A stretch of 64,000 nt of DNA from an uncultured Verrucomicrobiae bacterium. Lineage in GTDB: Bacteria > Verrucomicrobiota > Verrucomicrobiia > Chthoniobacterales > UBA10450. The DNA lies in NCBI GenBank assembly GCA_963756875.1, contig CAVWPA010000001.1:64001-128000 (forward strand), given 5' to 3'. Within the stretch, counting starts at the first letter, position 1, and every line of letters starts with the position of its first letter. The notes beneath the pieces were generated by a model that was not told the origin of the DNA, ran no database searches, and was given only the letters and a program-made list of their open reading frames with translations. A program made the translations under genes and the position numbers. Below are positions 22,211 through 32,729 of the stretch, piece after piece.

Positions 22211-23026
22211 ATGAGACGGATTTTTGTCCCCTTGCTCCTGGCTAGCGCCCTAAGCGCATGGGGACAATCGCCTTACGAAAGTGCCGCTGATTTCGCCAAA
22301 TACGCGATGAAGCTGCGGGAGACGGCGCTCTTGAAGGTAGAGCCGATGGTTCAAATCCCGACCACGTCGCACCCCAGCAGAATGCGCTTCGCGTGGAAGA
22401 CCAATATTGTTACGACGGTTTTCTGGGTGGGCGAACAGGCTGGGCCGAATAATCCGGTGCCAAATGTCAGAAGCTCCTGGGACGCGAATTGGACCAGCGA
22501 CTACGGTGGCTTCGATAACCCGGATTCATCGGCACGGCGCAGCTACATTCCAGTGAATTTCATTCCCAGGCAGAATCCGTTTTACTGCGCGCTCCCGTAC
22601 AATGACGTTAGCCAGGGCCACTTCAAACCGGAGGCGCCGCTGGTTATCCCGTGGTTTAAACAGGCCTATACCGCTCCCGGCCGCTCTGTCTGCTGGCACC
22701 ACTGGATCGCAATCCGAAAAGGCAATCGCACCTGCTACGCGCAATGGGAAGATTGCGGCCCGTTCCGCACCGACCATTTTCAGTACGTTTTTGGTAGCGC
22801 GCGTCCGAAACCGAACCTAAACCAGGGTGCGGGCCTCGATGTGTCACCGGCGGTGCGGGATTATCTCGGGCTCCGGCCGACTGACGTAACGGATTGGCAG
22901 TTTGTCGACGTCCGCGATGTTCCGCCAGGTCCGTGGCGGACTTATGGCGACAACAACAACTTTGTGCTGGCGCGCCGTCAAATCGAAAAGCGCCTGGTGC
23001 AGCGCGGCTCGGACACAAAGAAATAG
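22211..23026 (+). CDS. Secreted hypothetical protein, possible RlpA-like double-psi beta-barrel
   Basis: Signal peptide; WEDCGPF ... GLDVSPAVRDYLGL pattern. Confidence 0.7.
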   Translation: MRRIFVPLLLASALSAWGQSPYESAADFAKYAMKLRETALLKVEPMVQIPTTSHPSRMRFAWKTNIVTTVFWVGEQAGPNNPVPNVRSSWDANWTSDYGGFDNPDSSARRSYIPVNFIPRQNPFYCALPYNDVSQGHFKPEAPLVIPWFKQAYTAPGRSVCWHHWIAIRKGNRTCYAQWEDCGPFRTDHFQYVFGSARPKPNLNQGAGLDVSPAVRDYLGLRPTDVTDWQFVDVRDVPPGPWRTYGDNNNFVLARRQIEKRLVQRGSDTKK

Positions 23027-23036
23027 CGGTTTCGTC

Positions 23037-24755
23037 TTACCCAATACGCGCCTTCAAATTCTCGAAGGTTTCCTGCACTTCTTTCGCGCGCTTTAGCAGC
23101 GGCTCATAGGTTCGACGCTGGGTCAGGCAGAATATTGCGAGCGGTTGGAAAGCGGTCGCAACTTCCTTGTAAAACAGGGCGATCGCGTGGTTGAGCTGCT
23201 GCTCGATGGCTTTGCTCAGCTCGGCGCATTTTGCTTCCATTTGCTGCTCGTACACACGCAGGATTTTTCGCCTCTGGCCGAAGGCGACAATCGCTCCAAT
23301 CGCCGCGGCGGAGGCGGCCACGATGCCTGTTACATCGGCTACCGCGGCGCTACTCATGGCGGCAATCAATGCGACGATTCCACCGGCTGCGGCGACTCCC
23401 GCGGGCAGTCGCAACCGTGTCGACGTTTCGTGGAACATTCGCGCGAGCAGCTCTTCGATCGACTTGCCCGAAGCCCGCTCCATTAGTGCAAGCTGGATCG
23501 ATTGTAAAAGTTCCCGGCGCTGGCGCGCAAAGTCAGGAATGGTTTTCGGCACCTGGCGGCGCAATTCGGTTCCCAATTGCTGGTCGATCATATCGTGCAA
23601 TTGCGGCCAGAGCCCGCGCAGATCCGTCTCCAACAGGCGCACCGCCTGCTCGACCTCGGGCTGCACAGTTTGCTTCAGTTTTGCTTCAACTTCCCCCTGG
23701 AAATCGCGCAACGGCTGCTGCCGGCTCCAGAGCAATCTCCAGGTCCGCCAGAAGGATAATTTTCGCTCCAGAAGCTTTGTGCCCTCCCCGGCCGCCGTGC
23801 GACAGGATTGTTCCACTCCGCGCAGAAATCCCGCCACCTGCCGCGATGTTTGCTCATTCCGCGTTTGGAGCAGGAGATCGATGCGGGAAAGCCGCGCTTC
23901 ATCCTGAGCGATCACTTCAAAAGACTCCCGAAGCTGGCCCACGAACTCATCGAGCATCACGCGCGAAGTCTGCACGGTCGATCGCAACTTCAACATGCGC
24001 GCGCTTGATTCGCTCACGATCAGATTAATCTGCTCCTCCAATGGACCGAAATCGCTCTCGCGCCAGAGTTGTTCCTTGTCCATTCCGCTTGTTCGCGCCA
24101 GCAGCGCTTTGCGGGCCGAGACAGTAAAGATGGGTGGCACAAACCCGAGTCGCCGCATCGCGCTGTCCTGAAGGTGGCGGCGGATGATCTCAATCTCGGA
24201 AGGCTCGCGCAGGTCGACTTGTTGCAGAACAAAAACGACATTCTTTAGCCATTTCTTTTGCAGCAAGCCCAGGAAATCCCAGGCCGACTGGGTCCACGGG
24301 TTTGCCACGGAGAAGACGAACAGAATGAGATCGGCCCGGGGAACGAAGTTTTCGGTGATCGTCTGATGACCGGGAACCATGGTGTTGGTGCCGGGCGTAT
24401 CGACTACGTTGAAGTCGCGCAAAAAAGGAATCGGCAGGTAACGTTCCGTCAGCTGTGGCGAGATCTCCACGGATTTTTCATCGGTCCCGTAGCGAAAAAT
24501 ATAAACGCGATCCGTCGCGGGGAGGACGTCGACCTTGGCAAACTCCTTGCCGAAAAGTGCGTTGAGGAGCGACGATTTGCCCGATTTGACTTCGCCCACT
24601 GCAACGAAAAGCAGCGGCTCGCGAATGTCGGTCAGAAGAGCATGCAGCGTATCGAGCGCGGAAGAAGGCCGGCGCATTTCGGAGCCAAGCTTCAACAATC
24701 CGGCGAGCGCAGTTTCGAGCTCGCTTCGAAGCTGCAAGTATTGATCGGCAACCAT
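23037..24755 (-). CDS. Bacterial dynamin-like GTPase
   Basis: GEVKSGKSS, PAT, DTPG, helical stalk, C-terminal hydrophobic hairpin. Confidence 0.85.
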   Translation of the reverse strand: MVADQYLQLRSELETALAGLLKLGSEMRRPSSALDTLHALLTDIREPLLFVAVGEVKSGKSSLLNALFGKEFAKVDVLPATDRVYIFRYGTDEKSVEISPQLTERYLPIPFLRDFNVVDTPGTNTMVPGHQTITENFVPRADLILFVFSVANPWTQSAWDFLGLLQKKWLKNVVFVLQQVDLREPSEIEIIRRHLQDSAMRRLGFVPPIFTVSARKALLARTSGMDKEQLWRESDFGPLEEQINLIVSESSARMLKLRSTVQTSRVMLDEFVGQLRESFEVIAQDEARLSRIDLLLQTRNEQTSRQVAGFLRGVEQSCRTAAGEGTKLLERKLSFWRTWRLLWSRQQPLRDFQGEVEAKLKQTVQPEVEQAVRLLETDLRGLWPQLHDMIDQQLGTELRRQVPKTIPDFARQRRELLQSIQLALMERASGKSIEELLARMFHETSTRLRLPAGVAAAGGIVALIAAMSSAAVADVTGIVAASAAAIGAIVAFGQRRKILRVYEQQMEAKCAELSKAIEQQLNHAIALFYKEVATAFQPLAIFCLTQRRTYEPLLKRAKEVQETFENLKARIG

Positions 24756-24765
24756 GCCGGAATAA

Positions 24766-25596
24766 TTAGCCGCTCGGGATGATCGACGTGGCCAGTGACT
24801 TTGCGCTTTTCGATGGAACCTCGGCGTGCTTTGCCGGAACAGGTTTGGGCGCCTGTGGGACTGCCATCGAAATTAACTCGGACACGGTCACAAACTTGAA
24901 GCCCTTTGCTTCGAGTTGGTCGAGCGTCGCCGGCATCGCTTCGATCGTTCCGCGATGAATATCGTGCGACAGAACGATCGAGCCGGGCCGCGTCATCTTC
25001 AGAATGCGATTGCACACGACCATCGGCCCTGGGTTCTTCCAATCCAGCGGATCGACATCCCAGAGAACGATCTTGTAGCCGAATTCCTGCGTGATCCATC
25101 TTTTCTGGCGCGCCGTAAGCGATCCATAAGGCGGCCGCAGCAAAGTCGGGCGAACTCCCGTGGCCTCGCGAATCGCATCGTCCGTCTTTTGCAGCTCGCG
25201 ACGGACTCCTGCGTCCGACATTCTGGCAAAAACCGGATGGTCCCAGCTGTGGTTGCCGATCTCGTGACCTTCGCGCGCCGCCCGGGCGACGATCTCCGGA
25301 TGCGCAGCGACGTTTTGGCCGATAACAAAAAAAGTCGCCTTGATATGTTGGGCCGCCAGAAGATCGAGAAGCTTCGGCGTGAGTTGCGGATTCGGGCCGT
25401 CATCGAAAGTGAGGGCGATATCGCGTCCACTGACGTGGATCCAGCTGAAGGAGACAGGCGTCGCCACCCGCACGGGCGGTTCAGTTTTCTCCGGCGCCAG
25501 CGGGGAAGCGGAGGGGGACGGTTCCTGTGCCCAGAGAGCGCCCGCGGCGACAAGCGCTCCGAGCAGGCAAATATGAGGGGGACGAAAAACGAACAT
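24766..25596 (-). CDS. Polysaccharide/peptidoglycan deacetylase (NodB/CE4)
   Basis: LTFDDGP, NHSWDH, RPPYG, LSHD. Confidence 0.92.
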   Translation of the reverse strand: MFVFRPPHICLLGALVAAGALWAQEPSPSASPLAPEKTEPPVRVATPVSFSWIHVSGRDIALTFDDGPNPQLTPKLLDLLAAQHIKATFFVIGQNVAAHPEIVARAAREGHEIGNHSWDHPVFARMSDAGVRRELQKTDDAIREATGVRPTLLRPPYGSLTARQKRWITQEFGYKIVLWDVDPLDWKNPGPMVVCNRILKMTRPGSIVLSHDIHRGTIEAMPATLDQLEAKGFKFVTVSELISMAVPQAPKPVPAKHAEVPSKSAKSLATSIIPSG

Positions 25597-25839
25597 GAAG
25601 AGCGCCGTTGAGTGCCTTAAGACCTTTGCTGTTATGTAGCAGAGGCGGCTCATAACGCAAGGCCCGGACGTGTCCCATCACGGCGTTTAATGTGGAGCAA
25701 ATTAATTCCTGTTTCGGCCAGGATAAAGGCCGGCGACTGGCAGCTATCCTGCTGCTGAAAGTGCGGCGATCGGCGGCACTAAATTTCCGCTCCTGGAAGA
25801 TCGAGCTCGGGGACTTTTGGACCGGGGACACTCCAAAAA

Positions 25840-27735
25840 ATGAGAATATTGCTGGTCGAAGATCACCGGGAAAGTCGCAGAAGTCTGCAACGTTTACTCG
25901 AGCTGCGCGGCTACGACGTCGTTGCCGTGGAAAACGCAGAAGAAGCGGAAAAGGCCATTTCATCCGAGGCGTTTCTGTTCATCATCCTGGATTGGATGCT
26001 GCCGGGTAAGAGCGGCCTGGAGCTTTGCCGGGAGCTGAACGCGCACCCGCGTCGCGATGAGATGTTCATTCTTCTGGTGACGGCCCGCAGCCAGACCGAA
26101 GACCTCAAACAGGCCCTCGACGCGGGCGCGAATGATTACCTGACCAAGCCGCTCGATCTCGGTCTGTTAAATGTGCGGCTTGCCGTGGCGGAGCGGCGAA
26201 TTCTCGTTCTGGCTGAGCGCGCCCAGGCGCGGGCGCAATTACAGGCGGCGGCGAAGCGAATGGTCGACATTCTGGAGAACACGAACGACGGCTTCTTCGC
26301 ACTGGATCGGGATTGGAAATTTGCGTACCTCAATGCCAAGGCCGAGACCACTTTTGGCCGGTTTCGCAGCGAGTTGATCGGCCAGGATGCCCGAGACGAA
26401 CTTCCCTCTCTGGTCGGCTCCGTTTTTGAAAAGAGCTTTCGCACGGTGATGGACCAGCACCGCTCGATTGAGTTTGAAGCAACCGACCCGGACACAGGTA
26501 GAAATTGGTACGAAGTCAAAGCGTATCCGAACGGCGACGGCGTCTCGGTTTTTTTTCGCGACATCACGGAACGGAAACGTCTTGAAGACGAGCGGCTGAC
26601 GACGGGCAAACTCGAATCGCTCGGCACCCTGGCTGGCGGCATCGCGCACGATCTCAATAACATTTTGACCGTTATTTCGGGAAACATCGGCCTCGCGAAG
26701 GTTGAAGCGCCCGGCGACGCCGGGGTTCTGCTCTCGGCGCTCTCAAAGGCAGGTCGGGCGTCCCAACACGCTGCTCGTCTGGTCGGCCAGTTGCTCACTT
26801 TTGCCAAAGGGGGCGCGCCGCTCAAGAGCGTCACTGCCTTTTCGGAACTGCTTCGGCAATCGGCCGAATTCTCTTTGTACGGATCCAATCTTCACGCGGA
26901 GATCGATATCCCTCCCGATCTCTGGAGAGCGGAGGCCGACAGGGGACAGATCGAACAGGTGATCAACGCCCTCATGCTGAACGCGCGTGAAGCGATGCCG
27001 CAAGGTGGCACAGTGCATGTGTCGGCGCGCAACGTTGAATGGGACGAAGAAACGGGCGGCCAGCTTGCGCCAGGACGCTACATCAAGATCGCAATTGCCG
27101 ATAACGGCAACGGAATCGACGAAGCGCTCGCGAGAAAAATTTTCGATCCTTATTTTACAACCAAACCGGCTGGAAGCGGGCTGGGCCTCGCGATTGGTTA
27201 CTCGATCGTAAAAAGGCACGGCGGCATGCTGTATCTGGAAAGTTCGTCGTCTGAGGGATCGACATTCGTATTTTATCTCCCGGCGACCGACGTTCCCCCG
27301 GTCGCAGTCGAACAGCCGTCCGGGCAGCGCACGCTTCCTTTCCATCATCAGCGGATTTTGGTGATGGATGACGAAAGCGCCATTCGCGATCTCACGTCGC
27401 AACTGCTCGGGACCCTTGGATATCGGGTGACGGCGGTCCCCGACGGTCAGGAAGCCGTTAGGACTTATGAGCGCGCATTGCGCAAGGGCGAAAATTTTCA
27501 GGTGGTTATCCTCGATGCCACGATCCGCGGCGGCATGGGTGGGCTGGCGACGATCGAGTGCCTGAGAAAGATCGACCCCAACGTCAACGCGATTATTTGC
27601 AGCGGTTATTCCGACGAGGCGGCGCTTTCAGAATTTCTGACCTACGGCTTTCACGCCGCGTTGCCGAAGCCGTTCACCCGGCGCGAACTCGTCGATGTTC
27701 TGCAACGATCGTTGGAGGCAGGGGACGTCGACTGA
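25840..27735 (+). CDS. Hybrid histidine kinase (REC-PAS-HisKA-HATPase-REC)
   Basis: N-terminal REC (LDWMLP), PAS/DITERK, AHDLNN, GSGLGL, C-terminal REC. Confidence 0.93.
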   Translation: MRILLVEDHRESRRSLQRLLELRGYDVVAVENAEEAEKAISSEAFLFIILDWMLPGKSGLELCRELNAHPRRDEMFILLVTARSQTEDLKQALDAGANDYLTKPLDLGLLNVRLAVAERRILVLAERAQARAQLQAAAKRMVDILENTNDGFFALDRDWKFAYLNAKAETTFGRFRSELIGQDARDELPSLVGSVFEKSFRTVMDQHRSIEFEATDPDTGRNWYEVKAYPNGDGVSVFFRDITERKRLEDERLTTGKLESLGTLAGGIAHDLNNILTVISGNIGLAKVEAPGDAGVLLSALSKAGRASQHAARLVGQLLTFAKGGAPLKSVTAFSELLRQSAEFSLYGSNLHAEIDIPPDLWRAEADRGQIEQVINALMLNAREAMPQGGTVHVSARNVEWDEETGGQLAPGRYIKIAIADNGNGIDEALARKIFDPYFTTKPAGSGLGLAIGYSIVKRHGGMLYLESSSSEGSTFVFYLPATDVPPVAVEQPSGQRTLPFHHQRILVMDDESAIRDLTSQLLGTLGYRVTAVPDGQEAVRTYERALRKGENFQVVILDATIRGGMGGLATIECLRKIDPNVNAIICSGYSDEAALSEFLTYGFHAALPKPFTRRELVDVLQRSLEAGDVD

Positions 27736-27779
27736 TAAAACGAGGCCCGGACCTGCTGCCGGTCGCCGCGCGGAAAGGT

Positions 27780-28223
27780 TCAACCTTTTCGCAATTTTTC
27801 GAGCTCGGCGATGAACGCCTGCGGTCCGCCTTCCATGTACCCGAGCGTGCCAACCGCTTTGCCATCTCCATTTAGAACGATGACGGTGGGGAAACCTTCG
27901 ATCTGATATTGTTGCGCCAGTTGCTCGTTTTGTTTCCGAACATCGGGGTTGAGGCTTTTCCACCGTGGGAAATCCACTTCCATGAGCACCAGGTTCTTGC
28001 TCGCGTAATCCTTGAACTCCGGCTTGGAGAAAACTTCCTGGTTCAGTTTAATGCACCAGGGGCACCAATCTGAGCCGGTGAAATCGAGCAACAGGAGTTT
28101 GTTGTTTTCCCTGGCTTCTTCCTTCGCCTTTTTGAAATCGGTCCCCCATTCGGAATCGGCGCGAATGGGCGATACCGCCAGCAAGCTGGCGACTATTGCA
28201 ATGGCGAAGACGAAGCGTTGCAT
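27780..28223 (-). CDS. Secreted thioredoxin family protein
   Basis: FTGSDWCPWC, GFPT; signal peptide from ATG 28223. Confidence 0.9.
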   Translation of the reverse strand: MQRFVFAIAIVASLLAVSPIRADSEWGTDFKKAKEEARENNKLLLLDFTGSDWCPWCIKLNQEVFSKPEFKDYASKNLVLMEVDFPRWKSLNPDVRKQNEQLAQQYQIEGFPTVIVLNGDGKAVGTLGYMEGGPQAFIAELEKLRKG

Positions 28224-28374
28224 GCGACAAACTTCAGCCAACGCCGGCTGAAGCGCAAGTGCGCGGCCACGGGTTTGCCGTTGCCTGTGCAAGCATTCTG
28301 AACGGCGGACGGCGTCGGCCCAGCCCGGCGTCGCGACGCCGGGCCAAAGCGCTCTCTATGCCAGCTATGCCAGC

Positions 28375-28653
28375 CTAGCGGATATGCCCGGAGACGAGCT
28401 TCGTCATCTCGAACATGCTCACCTGGCTTTTGCCATTGAACACGGCTCGCATCGCGTCGTCGGCGTTAATCTGGGTTCTCTTCTTTTTGTCCTGAAGCCC
28501 GTTTTTCTTGATGTAGTCCCAAAGCTTTTTGGTGAGCTCGGAACGCGGTAACGGCTTGGAACCGACGATTGCAGAAAGCTTGTCGTCGGGTTGGACTGGT
28601 CTCATGAAGGCGGGATTCGGCTTACGTTTGGAAGTTTTTTTGGTTTTCGGCAT
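28375..28653 (-). CDS. Stand-alone SWIB/MDM2 domain protein
   Basis: LPRSELTKKLWDYIKKNGLQD, MFEMTKLV. Confidence 0.92.
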   Translation of the reverse strand: MPKTKKTSKRKPNPAFMRPVQPDDKLSAIVGSKPLPRSELTKKLWDYIKKNGLQDKKKRTQINADDAMRAVFNGKSQVSMFEMTKLVSGHIR

Positions 28654-28720
28654 AGACGCTGATTAATGCTTCACCTGCGGCAGGGCAATAATAATTTTAT
28701 GGAAACGAAATCTTTTTTTG

Positions 28721-29881
28721 CTAGGCGGCCCGGCGCACGACCAGCGCCGCGACATCGTCCGGCAGCTTCTCCTTCCCATCGTCCGGCGTTGCCTGGTTCA
28801 ACATAAGCGTCAAAAGCGTTTGGGCGTCCGGCGCAAATGGATTCAGCATTCCGGCAAGTTGTGTCGGCGTAAGCCGGGGACGATCTCCTCTTTCCGCGCC
28901 GAACAAGCCGTCGGTATAAAGAACCAGGGCATCGCCATGGCCAAGCTCGAGGATGGTCTCCGTGAATTCCGAGTGCTCCACCAGGCCCAGCGGCGGCGTG
29001 GAGGACAAGATGGCTTCGGTGCCTCGGCCGAATCGTGTGACCAGGAGCGGGGGATGCCCGGCCCCGGTCACGGCGGCCCGTCCCGTTTTTGGATCGAGCG
29101 CTACGCACATGGCGGTCATAAAGGAACGCCCGGCGAAGATGCTGCCGAAATCATTGTTCACGGCCTGCATAATCGCGGCGGGCGTCTCGTGCTGAATGGC
29201 GCCGTGATGGAAAAGAAGCTTGGAGAGCGCAGTGAGCAATGCCGCTGCGGCGCCATGACCGGTAGCGTCGGCAATCCAGAACAAATAGCGCCCGTCTTTC
29301 ATTGGCAGCCAGCCGTAAATGTCTCCTCCCACCTCCATCACCGGCCGATAACATGAAGCGATTTCCCATCCGGAAATGGTAGGCGGTTTCTGTGGGATGA
29401 GCGATCGCTGGGTCAATCGGGCCGCAGCCAGATCGCGTTCCAGGTTACTTCGCCATTCCTCCAGCTTCCTGTTTTGCTCCTGCAGCTGCATTCGCATGGA
29501 ACGAAGGCGCAGCTGCGTCTCGATCCGCGCGCGCAATACCGCCGGATTGATCGGCTTGATGACGAAATCATCGGCACCTGCCTCCAGGCAAAGCACCTCA
29601 TTCTCACCATGGCCGGTCATGACGATCACCGGGATCTGAGCAATGGCAGGGTTCTGGTCCGCGCGCAGTTGCCTGAGCATCTCCGCGGCGTTGAGCCCCG
29701 GCATTTTGAAGTCGGCCAGAATCAGGGAGGAAGGCTCTCCGCGCACCAGATTTAACGCGTCCTGCCCGTTGCCAAGCTCACGGCAAGTGTAGCCGGCGGA
29801 TGAGAGAGCCCTGGCGAGCAACCTGCGGCTGGTTGCATCATCGTCCACGATCACAAGCTGCGGAACGGCCTCTTCCATCAC
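28721..29881 (-). CDS. Response regulator fused to PP2C/SpoIIE phosphatase (RsbU-like)
   Basis: REC domain; VGGDIY, ADATGHG, YTDG, DD. Confidence 0.92.
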   Translation of the reverse strand: MMEEAVPQLVIVDDDATSRRLLARALSSAGYTCRELGNGQDALNLVRGEPSSLILADFKMPGLNAAEMLRQLRADQNPAIAQIPVIVMTGHGENEVLCLEAGADDFVIKPINPAVLRARIETQLRLRSMRMQLQEQNRKLEEWRSNLERDLAAARLTQRSLIPQKPPTISGWEIASCYRPVMEVGGDIYGWLPMKDGRYLFWIADATGHGAAAALLTALSKLLFHHGAIQHETPAAIMQAVNNDFGSIFAGRSFMTAMCVALDPKTGRAAVTGAGHPPLLVTRFGRGTEAILSSTPPLGLVEHSEFTETILELGHGDALVLYTDGLFGAERGDRPRLTPTQLAGMLNPFAPDAQTLLTLMLNQATPDDGKEKLPDDVAALVVRRAA

Positions 29882-30069
29882 GTTTTTCTTTTCATTCGCA
29901 CATGACGCGCCGTTTCATCGTATTTTTGTGCGGCCGCTGATCTGTGTCAGGGCATGCTCTGTAAATTTTTAGGCGAATCATGCCTTGGTGCCGGAATTGG
30001 GGCGAATTAACCATTGTCAGCGCGCTGGCAATGAATTAGAACGCATGTAAATTCGTCGAAGAAGATTTT

Positions 30070-30474
30070 ATGAAATTTTCTCTTTCACTCGCACTGCTCA
30101 CGGCCTTGTTTATTTCGGCATGCACCGATTACGATGAGCCGCCGCCGCGCCAGGCGGCTCATCGCCCAGTCGCCAGATATCCGGCTGAGGGACAATACCC
30201 TGTTACCCAGCAGCCGTTCAATCCAAACGCTGGTCCGCCTCAAAATGCGACGACGACGCCTCCGCCGGAACCGGTTTCACCTACTGCTCCCACGCCACCC
30301 GCGGCCCCTGTAAAGGCCAAGGGCGACTATCCTTACGGGACCCCGGTCCCGGGCAAGCCTGGCTTCGTTAAGAGCCCATTTGCTCCCGATCAGGGCCTGG
30401 TCGATGTCCGCGGTTTTCCGCCGGGGACGGAAGTGAAGGATCCATTCACGGGCAAGATTTTTCTGGTCCCTTAA
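30070..30474 (+). CDS. Hypothetical Pro-rich lipoprotein with C-terminal PVPGKPG...KDP..KIFLVP module
   Basis: Lipobox ISAC; paralogous C-terminus to 5966..6439. Confidence 0.8.
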   Translation: MKFSLSLALLTALFISACTDYDEPPPRQAAHRPVARYPAEGQYPVTQQPFNPNAGPPQNATTTPPPEPVSPTAPTPPAAPVKAKGDYPYGTPVPGKPGFVKSPFAPDQGLVDVRGFPPGTEVKDPFTGKIFLVP

Positions 30475-30597
30475 GATTGGATTGCGATTAATTTTGTCCG
30501 ACCATTGCTGGACAAGCCGGTCCCATCTCCGATGGTATGACCACCCGCGCAGAAGGGCGGCGCAATATGTGCCGGGTCTTTGCGACTGGATTGCTTT

Positions 30598-31953
30598 ATG
30601 GAATTGCGCGTAAAACGAGCGCCTCGTATCGAAGCTGAGATCACGGTCCCGGGCGACAAGAGCATTTCGCATCGGGCCGCCATTATTGCCGCCTTATCTA
30701 ATGGGGTATGCACGCTGCACGGATTTCTTCCAAGCGACGATTGCATGCATACGGTCAACGCATTGCGCGCACTGGGAATCCAGATCGAGCAACCCGAGCC
30801 GGACCTGGTCGTTGTTCACGGGAAAAAGCGTGTTCTGACGCCGCCGTCGGCCGAAATCGATTGCGGCAATTCCGCCACCACGATGCGGCTTTTGGCCGGA
30901 TTGCTCGCCGGGCAGACTTTTGAGAGCCGTTTAGTGGGCGGCGCCTCTCTCTCACGGCGGCCGATGGATCGGATCATCGAGCCATTGCGCAAAATGGGCG
31001 CGGATATTGTGGCGGAAGGCCCCGGGCAAACACCGCCGCTTCGTATACGCGGCGGTTCGCTGCGTGGAATTCGATACCACTCACCCATCTGCAGCGCGCA
31101 GGTCAAAAGCGCCGTCCTCCTCGCCGGTCTCTTCGCCAAAGGCAAGACGACCTTCACCGAGCCTTCTCCCAGCCGCAATCACACGGAGCTCATGTTTAAC
31201 TACTTTCTGGTTCGCACGGTGAAGGACGACAACGGCGCAGTCAGCGTTTTCGGCGACCAGGTCCCTGAGTCCCGCGACTTCACCATTCCGGGAGACATTT
31301 CTTCCGCGGCATTTTGGTTGATCGCCGCCGCTGCCCAACGCGGCGGGCACCTTCTGGTGCGCGACATTGGATTGAACGATACGCGCACTGCGTGGCTTGG
31401 CGTTCTGGTGCGAATGGGCGCGCAGGTGCGCGAAGCGGTCGAAGATGTCGACCAAATCGAGCCACGCGGCATTGCGGAGGTGACCGGTGCGCCGCTCAAA
31501 GGCACCGTGATCCAGGGTAAGGAAATCCCGCAGTTGATCGACGAGTTGCCGGTGCTGGCGGTTGCCGGTGCTTTGGCCAACGGGACCACCATTATTCGCC
31601 ATGCGGCGGAATTGCGCGTCAAGGAAACCGATCGGATCGCGGCCATCGCGCACAATCTGCGCGGCATGGGTGCGCAGGTCATTGAGCTCAATGACGGGCT
31701 GGAGATTCATGGGCCGGCGCCGTTGCGCGGCGCCCGCCTGGCCAGTTTCGGCGATCATCGCGTGGCGATGGCTTTTGCCGTGGCCGGCTTGTTTGCCGAA
31801 GGCGAAACCGTCATTCAGGACAGCGATTGCATCCGTGAATCGTATCCGGGATTCGAAAGCATCTTGAACGAATTTATCAATCCGAAACGAATGCGCACGA
31901 GCACGCCTGTCATCGGATCGCTTGTGCCTGCAGCTCCCGCCGAAGGGGAGTAG
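30598..31953 (+). CDS. aroA: 3-phosphoshikimate 1-carboxyvinyltransferase (EPSP synthase)
   Basis: PGDKSISHRA, SAQVKSA, ELRVKETDRI, DHRVAM. Confidence 0.96.
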   Translation: MELRVKRAPRIEAEITVPGDKSISHRAAIIAALSNGVCTLHGFLPSDDCMHTVNALRALGIQIEQPEPDLVVVHGKKRVLTPPSAEIDCGNSATTMRLLAGLLAGQTFESRLVGGASLSRRPMDRIIEPLRKMGADIVAEGPGQTPPLRIRGGSLRGIRYHSPICSAQVKSAVLLAGLFAKGKTTFTEPSPSRNHTELMFNYFLVRTVKDDNGAVSVFGDQVPESRDFTIPGDISSAAFWLIAAAAQRGGHLLVRDIGLNDTRTAWLGVLVRMGAQVREAVEDVDQIEPRGIAEVTGAPLKGTVIQGKEIPQLIDELPVLAVAGALANGTTIIRHAAELRVKETDRIAAIAHNLRGMGAQVIELNDGLEIHGPAPLRGARLASFGDHRVAMAFAVAGLFAEGETVIQDSDCIRESYPGFESILNEFINPKRMRTSTPVIGSLVPAAPAEGE

Positions 31954-32028
31954 GACGCGAGCAGCGCCATCTCGCTTGCTTTCCACGCCGTCGCTGTGGA
32001 AAAAAGAAGCGCGGCCAAAAATTGTGAA

Positions 32029-32688
32029 ATGCAAGCAACGAATCAACATGTCGTCATCGCCATCGACGGACCGGCTGCCTCCGGAAAAAGTAGTGTGGCG
32101 CGCGAGCTGGCGGGACGGCTCGATTTTGTCTACGTGAATTCCGGCGCGATGTACCGCGCGCTTACGTGGCATCTTTTGCAACACGGAATCGACCCGCGCG
32201 ACGGCGCCGCGGTGGATCGTCAGCTTGCCCGGGCCCGTATCACTTGCGACCTGCAAAACAACGAATCGCGAATCTTAATAGACGATGTCGATCCCGGCGA
32301 TCATCTGCGTGACGACGACGTCAACGACAACGTCTCGTTAGTCAGCCGCTGGCCAAAAGTTCGCGAAATTCTGGTCGACAAAATGCGCAGCTACCGTCTC
32401 GATCACGATCTGGTCATGGAAGGCCGCGACATCGGCTCGGTCGTCTTTCCCGATACGCCGTACAAGTTTTACATCGATGCTTCTCCCGAAGTGCGTTCGC
32501 GCAGGCGCGCCGCCGAGGGATTGAAAGATGAAATCGCGACCCGCGACTACGCCGATTCTTCGAGGCACGCTTCGCCGCTCGTTATCGCGCGCGGTGCGGA
32601 TGTGATCGACAGCTCCCATCTCACCATCGAGGGCGTCGTAAACGAAATCGTCGCGCGACTGAAAGTGAAGAAATTGAAGATCGGCTGA
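32029..32688 (+). CDS. cmk: Cytidylate kinase
   Basis: AIDGPAASGKSS, GAMYR, EGRDIGSVVFP. Confidence 0.95.
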   Translation: MQATNQHVVIAIDGPAASGKSSVARELAGRLDFVYVNSGAMYRALTWHLLQHGIDPRDGAAVDRQLARARITCDLQNNESRILIDDVDPGDHLRDDDVNDNVSLVSRWPKVREILVDKMRSYRLDHDLVMEGRDIGSVVFPDTPYKFYIDASPEVRSRRRAAEGLKDEIATRDYADSSRHASPLVIARGADVIDSSHLTIEGVVNEIVARLKVKKLKIG

Positions 32689-32729
32689 ATTGCGCGATCG
32701 CCCGCCCTGACGCTTTAACGGTTCAACGA

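Noticed and set aside
31081..32256. 391-aa minus-strand ORF
   Set aside because: Antisense to aroA/cmk, no recognisable motifs
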